A stretch of 53,615 nt of DNA from Euryarchaeota archaeon UBA89 (GTDB lineage Archaea; Thermoplasmatota; Poseidoniia; Poseidoniales; Thalassarchaeaceae): the NCBI GenBank assembly GCA_002495525.1, contig DAFS01000008.1, positions 1 through 53,615 on the forward strand. The letters are read 5' to 3'. Numbering within the stretch: the first letter of the stretch is position 1; every line of letters begins with the position of its first letter. The position numbers and the translations under genes are program-made. Positions 1 to 9,700 of this stretch are shown here, piece after piece. Under the pieces are notes generated by a model. It did no database searches. It saw only the letters and a program-made list of their open reading frames with translations, and had not been told where the DNA came from.

Positions 1-94
1 TTCTTATACACATCCACGACACAACCTCCATTTTATTATTCATCTCTACAACCCCTTTGGTATAATTCAATATCGATAACGTCTCCCCGCAGTT

Positions 95-496
95 ATGGAA
101 ACGTCCTGCGGATTCATACTCATCAATTATAATAGTATACTTTTACTGCAATACCCTCAAGGCCATTGGAGTTTTCCTAAGGGGCATATAGAGGAAGGAG
201 ATAGCGATCACTTCGCTACCGCTAAGAGAGAATTATTAGAGGAAACAGGTATTTCTGAAGTTTCAGTTATTGATGGATGGATGTCAAAAACGGAATATAG
301 TTTTTTTTCGAAAGGAACCCCTGTTACAAAACAGGTTTTTTGGTATTTAGCCAATACTGATGAACTGAATGTCAAACTTTCTCATGAACATACCAATTAT
401 ATGTGGGTAAATTTTGACGAAGCATCCGAACAATTAACTTTTGAACAAGAGGTTAAAATATTAAATTCAGCAAAGGATTTTCTTAATATGAATTAA
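95..496 (+). CDS. NUDIX hydrolase, Ap4A-hydrolase-like
   Basis: Nudix box WSFPKGHIEEGDSDHFATAKRELLEETGI closely resembles the NUDT2/Ap4A hydrolase signature. A TATA-like ggtataatt lies about 30 nt upstream of the ATG, suggesting a leaderless or short-leader mRNA. Confidence 0.85.
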   Translation: METSCGFILINYNSILLLQYPQGHWSFPKGHIEEGDSDHFATAKRELLEETGISEVSVIDGWMSKTEYSFFSKGTPVTKQVFWYLANTDELNVKLSHEHTNYMWVNFDEASEQLTFEQEVKILNSAKDFLNMN

Positions 497-1104
497 TTAG
501 TGTAAATGCTCCAAGCAATCCACAGCATAACTACACCTATTAGTAAATCAATGATTTTCCATGCCTTCTCAGTTTTCAATAATGGTGCTAAACGCCGAGC
601 ACCAAAACCGAGACTATAAAAAAATAGAAACGAAGAAGCCATTGCTCCCAAGGCAAATGCTATCTTTTCATCGCCTTGGAATTGTAAGGAAGCAGTGCCC
701 AGTAGTACAGTTGTATCTAGGTATACGTGTGGATTTAACCAAGTGAAGCCCAGAGTAATAATTGCAGTTTTTTGGGCACTTACAAGAACCTCCTCATCCC
801 CAATATCCAGAACATTTCCATCATAAGCCGCTTTGAATCTCAAAATCGAGTAAATGACCAAAAAAGAAATAGCGAACCATTTTATTAGTTCTGATAAATT
901 TTCAGAATTAGATATAATCTCTCCAAATCCAAAGACTCCTAGACTGATCAATGTGGCATCCGAAAATGCGCAAATTGTACAGACCAAGAAAACATGCCTA
1001 TCAGATAATCCTTGACGTATTACAAATGCATTTTGAGCACCAATCGCGACTATTAGTGACAAACTAATTAATGCGCCCTCGAACCCAGCTGATTCGATAC
1101 CCAA
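493..1104 (-). CDS. LysE/ArgO family amino-acid exporter
   Basis: About 200 aa with multiple TM helices. The N-terminus GALISLSLIVAIGAQNAFVIRQG is typical of the LysE/ArgO family. Its 3' end overlaps the NUDIX gene by 4 nt. Confidence 0.8.
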   Translation of the reverse strand: MGIESAGFEGALISLSLIVAIGAQNAFVIRQGLSDRHVFLVCTICAFSDATLISLGVFGFGEIISNSENLSELIKWFAISFLVIYSILRFKAAYDGNVLDIGDEEVLVSAQKTAIITLGFTWLNPHVYLDTTVLLGTASLQFQGDEKIAFALGAMASSFLFFYSLGFGARRLAPLLKTEKAWKIIDLLIGVVMLWIAWSIYTN

Positions 1105-1114
1105 TTATTTCACC

Positions 1115-1702
1115 CTATCTTTTACCGAGAGGAGTCCAAAGAGTCTCACCCTCTTCTCCAGTAAGCCAGCGAGAGAGTACGAAACAGTGGTCTGAAAGTC
1201 TATTGAGGTAGCTAATAATTTCATTACGAACCTCATCACGAAGAGTACATGCTTCCCTCTCAGCCCTTCGTACAATTGTTCGAGCCATGTGTAAATACGC
1301 CACAATGGGATTTCCTGTTGGAAGTATAAATGATGACAGAGGCTCTAAATCTCCCAACATATAATCCATCTCTTCCACCAATCGCTCCCCAGCATCTACT
1401 CCGATAATCGACATCTGTTCTGGGACACCACCTGGAGGGCAGGCACACTCAGCACCAACATCGAATAATTCCTGTTGGATAATACCGAGCATCCGGTCAG
1501 CCTCGGTAAGACGTGTATGAGAAATACCAATGACCGCAGTTCTCTTCATTTCTGCGCGTACTATTCCAATTGCTGAGTTAGCCTCATCAATTGTGCCATA
1601 AATAGCCACTCTAGGGTGTTCCTTTCCCACACGAGAACCATCTACAAGAGAGGTTTCTCCTCCATCCCCACCACCAGTATGAACCTTAGTTATCCGAACC
1701 AT
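1115..1702 (-). CDS. ATP:cob(I)alamin adenosyltransferase, PduO type
   Basis: N-terminus KVHTGGGDGGETSLVDGSRVGKEHPRVAIYGTIDEANSAIG matches the conserved PduO/MMAB signature (TGDxGxTSL ... YGxxDExNS). Confidence 0.85.
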   Translation of the reverse strand: MVRITKVHTGGGDGGETSLVDGSRVGKEHPRVAIYGTIDEANSAIGIVRAEMKRTAVIGISHTRLTEADRMLGIIQQELFDVGAECACPPGGVPEQMSIIGVDAGERLVEEMDYMLGDLEPLSSFILPTGNPIVAYLHMARTIVRRAEREACTLRDEVRNEIISYLNRLSDHCFVLSRWLTGEEGETLWTPLGKR

Positions 1703-1748
1703 ATTGTATTCGGGAAGGGTTAATGATTAAGAACAATTGTACCATATA

Positions 1749-2453
1749 TTAATTCAAGTTCAAATGTTTTCTTATCGCTTCAATCCATGATTTATCCACA
1801 GAATCCCAGCCGCCAATTTTCTCTAATTCCATCACATGTTCCGATCTAGAATTTTCATCATTTTCTTTTTCATAGATAAGTGCTAACGCGGCATGACTCA
1901 TGGCATTAATCCATTGCTTGTCCATATCCCAAGATTTTTCAAAATGGGCAATGGCTCCATTTTTTCCATGAATCAATCCTCGACTAATTTGTCTTAGTCC
2001 TGATTTAGACCATGAAATTCCTTGAACTCCGATTATTAGTCCTCTAAATACAAGATATATCTCTAAAGCGACTAGAATTGAAGCCAAGATAAACGAACCT
2101 ATTTGCTCTACCTGTTCTGCCTCATTCCATCTTTCAGTTAGTAGAGTTATCGAACCTATACAAAATAGGATCCCTCCAAATGGAGCAACAATCACATCAT
2201 CGTCAGTAACTGACATTTTTATTACACCATATATAACTGCACAACCTCCAATAAATGTAGAAATATAAGCAGGGGCTAATTCATTCCCTTCTCCTCTTGG
2301 GGCACTTGTTGCCATCCATAAAATCGCGGCAGTGAATAATAAAATAGCGGAGAAAAAACCACTTATCTCTGGAAAGGGCTGCTTCCTACTATACCAAAAA
2401 ACAGTTACTCCTAGTACTAAAAATAATAGAATCCAACTCCACACAACAATCAC
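1749..2453 (-). CDS. Multi-pass membrane protein, unknown function
   Basis: Five to six hydrophobic helices followed by a soluble C-terminal segment of about 80 aa. No recognisable motif. Overlaps the upstream small ORF by 4 nt, suggesting an operon. Confidence 0.5.
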   Translation of the reverse strand: MIVVWSWILLFLVLGVTVFWYSRKQPFPEISGFFSAILLFTAAILWMATSAPRGEGNELAPAYISTFIGGCAVIYGVIKMSVTDDDVIVAPFGGILFCIGSITLLTERWNEAEQVEQIGSFILASILVALEIYLVFRGLIIGVQGISWSKSGLRQISRGLIHGKNGAIAHFEKSWDMDKQWINAMSHAALALIYEKENDENSRSEHVMELEKIGGWDSVDKSWIEAIRKHLNLN

Positions 2454-2779
2454 TCAGTTGATTCAATGCCCCAGCCCGGTGCCCAAAAATCTTCGTCATC
2501 CAACCACTTCAACCATTCATCAGCATCGGCTCTTAAAAGTCTGAAACTTCTTCTGTCCAGACCTGCCAATAATTCATTAGAAACATCTCCTTTTTGGTGT
2601 GAATCAGTCCATTCAACTTGCATTTGGCGAATCAGTCTTTGCCCCTCAGCATAATTATCAAAATTAATCTCACATATTTCTCTCAAATCTTGTAGCCATA
2701 ATTTTGTCCCTTTAATATGCAGATTATCCTGAATGATTTTTTTCTTTTTCTTGAATGGCCACCAACTCATGTTAATCAT
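2450..2779 (-). CDS. Hypothetical small protein
   Basis: The ORF extends to 2848. I prefer the internal Met (MINMSWWPFKKKKK) because it leaves room for the divergent rlmH promoter. No family recognised. Confidence 0.35.
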   Translation of the reverse strand: MINMSWWPFKKKKKIIQDNLHIKGTKLWLQDLREICEINFDNYAEGQRLIRQMQVEWTDSHQKGDVSNELLAGLDRRSFRLLRADADEWLKWLDDEDFWAPGWGIESTE

Positions 2780-2846
2780 CCCTGCGTCAAGGCTTTCTTT
2801 CTTGATGCTTGCGAATAATGAAAGGGTGCGTATCTCTGCGAGACAC

Positions 2847-3281
2847 ATGGGACGCGTATTTGTTCATTTACATGGTAAGGCTAAAGATTCTTCTTTTAGA
2901 GCTGCAATTTCTGATTATGCAAATAGATTAATTTCTGATGGTGTACAAATCGTTGAGCATCGAAATAAAACTAAACCAGGCCCTTATTTAGATGATATTA
3001 TTAAGAAAGCAGGTGAAGATAAAGTGATTCTTCTTCAAGAGAAAGGAGAAAATCTTGATAGTGTAGGATATTCCGAAAAAATGAAACAGTGGCGGATATC
3101 TACCAACTCAGTACATTTAGTCGTAGGTCCGCCGGGAGGATTCGGCCCTTATGGAGGAGATCTTAAGTCACTTTCTTTAGGAAAGATTACTCTTCCACAC
3201 GAGTTGGCTGCAGTGGTTCTGTTAGAGCAATTATATCGTGCTTGCACAATAATCAAAGGTCTACCTTATCACCGTGCATGA
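2847..3281 (+). CDS. rlmH: 23S rRNA (pseudouridine-N3)-methyltransferase RlmH (SPOUT, bacterial type)
   Basis: From the internal ATG at 2847. The C-terminus HLVVGPPGGFG...SLSLGKITLPHELAAVVLLEQLYRACTIIKGLPYH is the RlmH/DUF163 signature. The upstream part of the ORF is hydrophobic junk overlapping the antisense gene. Confidence 0.8.
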   Translation: MGRVFVHLHGKAKDSSFRAAISDYANRLISDGVQIVEHRNKTKPGPYLDDIIKKAGEDKVILLQEKGENLDSVGYSEKMKQWRISTNSVHLVVGPPGGFGPYGGDLKSLSLGKITLPHELAAVVLLEQLYRACTIIKGLPYHRA

Positions 3282-3643
3282 TTATCAATATCAATAATTT
3301 TATTTCTTCCATTTACATGAATTATAGTCGGTAAATGTTCACTAATTTTTTCTTCTTCAATTACCTTATAAGTTACTAAAATCACCAAATCTCCGGGATT
3401 TACAAGATGTGCAGCAGCACCATTTATACAAATTTCACCACTCCCCTTTTCTCCTAAAATTACATATGTTTCTAGCCTTGAACCATTTGTAATATTTAGT
3501 ACCTCTATTTTTTCCCATTCTGATATATTTGCAGCTTCAATCAACTCTTCATCTATGGTGATAGAACCGATATAATTTATGTCCGCTTCAGTTACAGTGG
3601 CTCGGTGAATTTTTGAATTCATAACAGTTCGCAAAGTTACCAT
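3269..3643 (-). CDS. panD: Aspartate 1-decarboxylase, pyruvoyl-dependent
   Basis: LRTVMNSKIHRATVTEADINYIGSITIDEEL includes the Gly-Ser self-cleavage site. Size (124 aa) is typical. Confidence 0.9.
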   Translation of the reverse strand: MVTLRTVMNSKIHRATVTEADINYIGSITIDEELIEAANISEWEKIEVLNITNGSRLETYVILGEKGSGEICINGAAAHLVNPGDLVILVTYKVIEEEKISEHLPTIIHVNGRNKIIDIDNHAR

Positions 3644-3779
3644 TGACTCTTCCGTATTTCATCTCCCATTTTAATCCGAGGTAATCTTGTACTTTGATAC
3701 TAAAACGTCTCGTTGATACATCTACTCTCAACTTAGGGTGTGCGTTGATAAATGAATCACATTTAGGAATTATACTTCG

Positions 3780-6700
3780 GTGGTCGCGATGAAAGGAAAG
3801 TTACAAGAAAATATTAGCCTAAAAGGCTTGAAAAAAAGTATGGTTGCAGGAGTAATGGTTTTCATAATGTTATTCAGTACTCAGATGTATTCCTTTCAAG
3901 ATTTTGAGCCATATTCAGAGGAAGAATCTGAATGGGGCCCCGTCATTAAGAGGACCGCCTTTCAACAAATAGATGTTGCAGACGGGCCTATGGCAGAAAG
4001 TAGTGAAATACAACTAGGCGCCGAATATTCATTCTCTCACCCTGCATTCAGCGACCCAATGTATCACGATCCACTTTCCATGTATGGAAAAGTCTCCGAC
4101 CCAGCTGCATTAGCAATCGATCCAAGCTATGGATTTTTGCTCGAAGAAACTGATACCGAAGATCACGATAATGATGGAATCTCAGATTTGAATGATTTAG
4201 ATGATGATAATGATGGGATTTCCGATTTAATTGAAAGATTCGATGGATGTTATGGGACAGATCCTTTTGACCACGATAATGACGGTATTCAAGATGAGTT
4301 CGATTGGGATGACGATAATGATGGATTGCTAGAAGGCCCTATTGACTGGTCACAGGGGGCAGATCCAAAGAACAATACAGAAGACCGTTATGTAATACCG
4401 ACAGCCATCCATCCTTGGACTCAAACGGTTGTAGGTACCGGCTATCGTATTGATCAGAATTTGTTAGATCATGATAACGATGGAGTTACTGATGAAGATA
4501 TTGATGGTAATGGAAAAGGTTCGTATGATGAAGACGATGATAACGATGGCCGCATAGATCAGTTTACTTGGCCTTGTGATTTTGATAGCGACGGTATCCA
4601 AGATTATTTTGATTTAGATGACGATGATGACTCAGTACCGGATCTTTGGGATGCACACCCATGGAACTCCCAAATCACATCAAATATTACTGAAAATAAT
4701 CTTTGGAATGATTGGGTAGAATGGGATGTTGGGCCATCTACTTTTACTATCATCGTTGATAGTACTGGAATAAATCCTGAAAATATAACGATTGAAACTG
4801 GGGATATAATAACTTGGATTAACATAGACACAGAAGATCGAACGTTGCAAAGTCAAGGTAATATTTTCCCCAATTCTCTTATTTCTGCGAATGGAGGGCA
4901 ATGGAGCTTCCAATTCAATAGCACTTCTCAACAAATTCTATATCAGAACATCGGCTTAAGCTCGACTTCCCAAGGTAATATCTCAGTAACACAGTCTACA
5001 TTTACAGGCAGTGATTATTATGGAGATTATGTAGGGGGAGTTGATTTCGTTGAGAGAGAAAAAGCTTGGCATCCTAAAGTACAGGCATTTTCTTCCATAG
5101 TAGATGGTGACTTGGATGGCGATGGCATTCCTAACTTCCTAGATCCAGATAATGATAATGACGGTTCTCCCGATTCTTCAGATACTGACGATGATAACGA
5201 CGGATTAGCAGACATGTACGACGTTGATGATGATAACGATGGAATTCTAGATACGTGTCTCCAGACTGATACAAATTTAGATGCATCCGGTGACTATCCG
5301 ATACCAAATCAGCCATTTTATGATGGTAGCATTATGACGCCGGGAGTAGATTGTGAAATCGATTATGATAGAGATTTAGACGACGATCGTTACAGAGTAA
5401 TTGATCAGGATTATGATTTGATATGGGACTGGTTGGACACAGACTTGGGTGGTGTGCCAATCCCGGATAATACCGTTGGTGGAACTTTGACCGATGCAAG
5501 TGATCTACCGTGGGACTTAGATAATGACGGTCAGATTAACGAAGAAGATATCTTCCCAACAGTGCCCCAAAGTACCGTTGATACTTGGGATTGCCCTAGC
5601 CTCACAAATCCAAATCCTTCCAATCCAGATGACAATTGTTACTTGATGCGTAAATCATATACTGGATTCAATGATTGGGACGAAGATGGAATAAATAATT
5701 GGGACGATATAGATGATGACAATGATGGAATTTTTGATTGGTTAGATATAGATGATAACTGTGATCTCGATGATGATAATGATTTGCATTTATTGAACGG
5801 TTCAAAATATCGTGACGATGGTCCAAACGATATTGATACAGACGTAGACGGGGACGGATTACCTAATGACGAAGATTGGGATGATGATAATGATGGTATT
5901 TCTGACTATTACGATCCTGATGATGGAAATTGTGGAATTCAGGATTTAGACGCAACAGATCCGTTTGACAACACTTATCCTACTAGCGACGGTGATTTAT
6001 TGGACGGTTCTGCAGATGGCCAATTATATGCGTTTCCAATAGTTTATCAGATGTATTGGAATCAAACATGGATGTTCAATCCATTCACTTCGGACAATGG
6101 TTTCGTATTGGATTATAATGGATTTGATGAAGCAAACCCAACAGCTAGTGGCCAGATTCCTGAGTTGTACTGGCACGTAATTCAAAAGTGGAGCCCCTAC
6201 AATGGAGGTAATCACTTTGATATTGATATTGATGGAGATTCTTTGATTAATGGTATAGATGTTGATCAAGATGGTGATGGATTACCAGATTGGTGGGATC
6301 AAGACGAGGGTAATGATGGATTATTGGATGTTAACGATATAAAGATGGGCGGTAGCTTTGACGACAATACCTGTGGTGCAACATTATTTTGGATTTATGT
6401 TCCACAACAGCCCCAAGCAATAGATCATGAGTGTGGAATTTTCTATGCTTGGTATTTTGGAGCGCCCTTGGTTACACCAACTAGGGCTAACCAAGTAGAA
6501 TATACATATCCTTACAGTACTAGAGCAGACCCAGATTACAGTGATGGTGCTTACAACGGAAGTAATTCACAAGGTCAATGGACGTGTAATAAAAATTGCT
6601 TCCATTTCACATTCGACCCACAGAGTGGAGTAAGTCCAACAGCGGCTGTCACATACAATCAAATGAAAGATAATAGAGATCTTTGGATAGCATACATTGG

Positions 6701-9700
6701 CTTAACATATGGATTCTTCCAGTGGACAGCAGACTCTAATGCTAATTTCTTCCCCGATGAAAGAGCAGATTTACTCAATAATGACGTTGATCCTGATGAT
6801 GACTGTGGTGCACCCGTTACTGGAAATATGGAGCCACAGTGTTTGTTTAATGATACGGCAGATCTAGATGATGACTTTGACGGTGTTTACGACCACTGGG
6901 ATGTTGACGACGATTCTGACGGTATTTGGGATTATTTTGAGGTCGATAGTAACGACGATCTTGACGACGATACAGGAACAATCCCTCCTGGTAATTTCTA
7001 CACTGGTTCAAATTGTGAAGATAATGATGATGATGGAACAGACACCGACCCTGATGAAGATGGATGGTTCCAAGCCGTTCACGATAAGGGGGTCCTCGGA
7101 CAAGGTCTCTTGAATCCAAAATATTATGACGTTGATAATGATAATGATGGAGTTCCTGATGGGGAAGACCCTGATGATGATAATAACGGAGTATTAGACT
7201 CCGATCAAGAATTACTTTGTTTCGTCGGTGAAGAGCAAATGACTTGGGACCATGACAATGATGGTATCGTTAATTGGAAAGATGATGATTGGGATGGAGA
7301 TGGTAGATCTAATTTGATTGAACTTAACACAGCGACTCCATTTATATCCGCATGGGATCATGATAATGACGGTCTAAGAGATGATATTGATTTAGATGAT
7401 GATTCTGATGGGATGAAAGATGAAGATGAAATTATGCTTTGGCCTTCTAGATATGGTAGTGAATCTACTAACCCATGGGATCATGATGATTTCGGTGGAG
7501 GCGAGGGTATTGCAAATCCTACTGATCCAAACACAGGTCCCGATGCAATAGACGAAGATGATGATAATGACAGTCGTATTGATACAGATTGGGATCAGTT
7601 AGAAGAGGAGAATGGTAGTTCATCTGATTGGGATAGTGACAACGATGGTATCTTGGATGAAGATGATAAGATTCCAACTAGAATTACACTTACATCGCCT
7701 GATGTATTATGGTTAGATAACCTGTATGCGGCTAAATTTAATGGTACTGTAAGTTGGTTAGATCTAGACCAAGGCGTTTTTGCACCTGCAGAAAATTTAC
7801 CCGTTCAAGTGCATATTGCTTGGACCAGGAACGGGACCTCTGCTGTTGAAACGGTCGATGTTTTGACAGATGCTGACGGTAAATTCGTGGTAGGGCAGTT
7901 CTTGTTCCCCGAAGATTTACCGGTAGGCTCCAACACCACATATCATGTCTATGCTGAAGTGACTGAGATGTTCTTACACGATGGCTCATCTACACAACCA
8001 GTTCCTACAGAAGTTAGAGCTAATACAACAATCGACTATGTTGCTTGGACCTACTTCCGAAGTGATGAGCAACCATTATTCGTCGATTATAAGGTTCATT
8101 ATGCTGCAGATTGGGATAGGGGAATATTCGATAATAAATTGTCACATGCGCCGATTTCATTTACAGTACATGGAGGCCCATTTGGTAATTTGACACACCC
8201 TACTATATTCGATGGATATGGCTATGGTTACAGAGCAGATTCTGGTGGGTGGGTATCATTATCATTCGTTCAGACAAGCGGCAGTCAAGGTGTTTGGAAG
8301 CAAGTGCAATGGAATTCAACGATAGACAATGGTCCAGGAAAAGTTCCCGGTGCTTATGAAGAAATTGTATGGGATAACACATCCAAGTCTCACAGCGTTG
8401 TTGGGCTTTATGAATATACAAACACAAGTTTACCGATTGGAGATTATATGTTTATTGGAGAGTCTCGACCAGACTTAGGAGGAGAAATGCCTTGGCCATA
8501 CTTAGAAGGAGATAAAACGGACTCTTTTGCAATACGATCAATGCACAGAATGTATGTTGAAGCAGATATTATTACCCCCTCAATTCGTCCGGTCTACTTC
8601 TATGATTCCACACAATTTACTGGCTCTTCATTTGGTGCTTGGAGAGCTTTATTCCACGCTCCGTCCTTGGCTAACGCAGGTTTAGAATACAGCGATGTAA
8701 GTCTTGGAAAACAATACCCTATGCTTTGGGATGGAACACCTCAGGGACTTACTGGCGAAGCGGCTAATTTACGTTCATTCATATCATCAAATGGTACACA
8801 TTGGTTTATCGCTATGCAAAATGGAGGAGATTTCAATGTACCTCCATGTGGACCAATCAATCCACTAGACCCTGCTAGCGAAGTTCGATGTGAAATTGTA
8901 CCTGAGATGTTTACAGGTGAAACATTCAGAGTTTTCGGAACTGTATGGAATCGAACAATGACTGCTTGGCCACACGATGCTATGGCATTACAGGTTGATA
9001 TTGATAAAAACGGAGTATTTGCAGGTTCACAAGAGACCGGATTCGCTAGAGTTCCAGATATGATTAATGGTGAAGCAGTGTTTGATTACAACTGGACATG
9101 GTATTCCCAATATCCTGCTGGAGTATATGGTATTCGTGCTGACTTTACGAACTCCAATTATTACTTTACAGGTAATCAATCAGCAGTTTTAGCGCCTACA
9201 GGTGCTTATGTAAACGTATCAGTAATTGGTACAACAGACTTCCAATTGAATAACATACCCAGACTTTATCGGGGTCAAAATACAACTATTGAAGCTAGAG
9301 TAATTGACAATGCATACCAGCCTGTCAGAGACGCTCCAGTAAATTATACCTGGTCTGCTGATGGTACTAGTGATGTAGCAGTGACTGATATTAATGGGGT
9401 ATTCAAAATTAATTTAACCATAGGTGAAATGCACGAATTAGGCAATTTCTCTTTGAGCTTTACTTATCCTGGCGATACTTACCGGCAAGGGAGCTCTTCA
9501 GGAATTGATTTATGGGTAGTTTCAAGAACATATATAGATCTTCAAAGTACTACTGAAAATAGACTATCAAGCGGAGATATTTGGGAATTTACTGCTCAGG
9601 TAACAGATGATAATAGGACTGCTGCAATCAAAGATAAAGGAGAACTTTTGGATGGTTGTGATGAAAATGGCGGAGAAATATTAGTAATTCTTGAAGGAGT

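Noticed and set aside
1-31. Possible start of a - strand gene running off the left edge (ATG complement at 29-31).
   Set aside because: Only about 10 codons are visible, so it cannot be supported.
1105-1448. Small - strand ORFs (1105-1305, 1260-1448) overlapping the adenosyltransferase gene in other frames.
   Set aside because: They overlap a CDS with strong PduO-type motifs and have no features of their own.
4161-7670. Repetitive DNA in the giant gene, and at 47349-48940, considered as a possible CRISPR array or other non-coding repeat array.
   Set aside because: The repeats are in-frame coding units (TSP3-like and Cys-rich modules) of variable sequence, without the constant repeat plus unique spacer organisation. 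No cas genes are present apart from a stand-alone Cas4-like nuclease.
4604-8427. Numerous 60-90 aa ORFs on the - strand and in alternative + frames inside the giant gene (for example 4604-4831, 4680-4934, 5027-5215, 6024-6269, 6847-7119, 7738-7989, 8203-8427).
   Set aside because: They lie wholly within a 2660-aa ORF that has coherent repeat and domain structure. Their translations are low-complexity mirror products of GAT/GAC-rich repeats, with no motifs.
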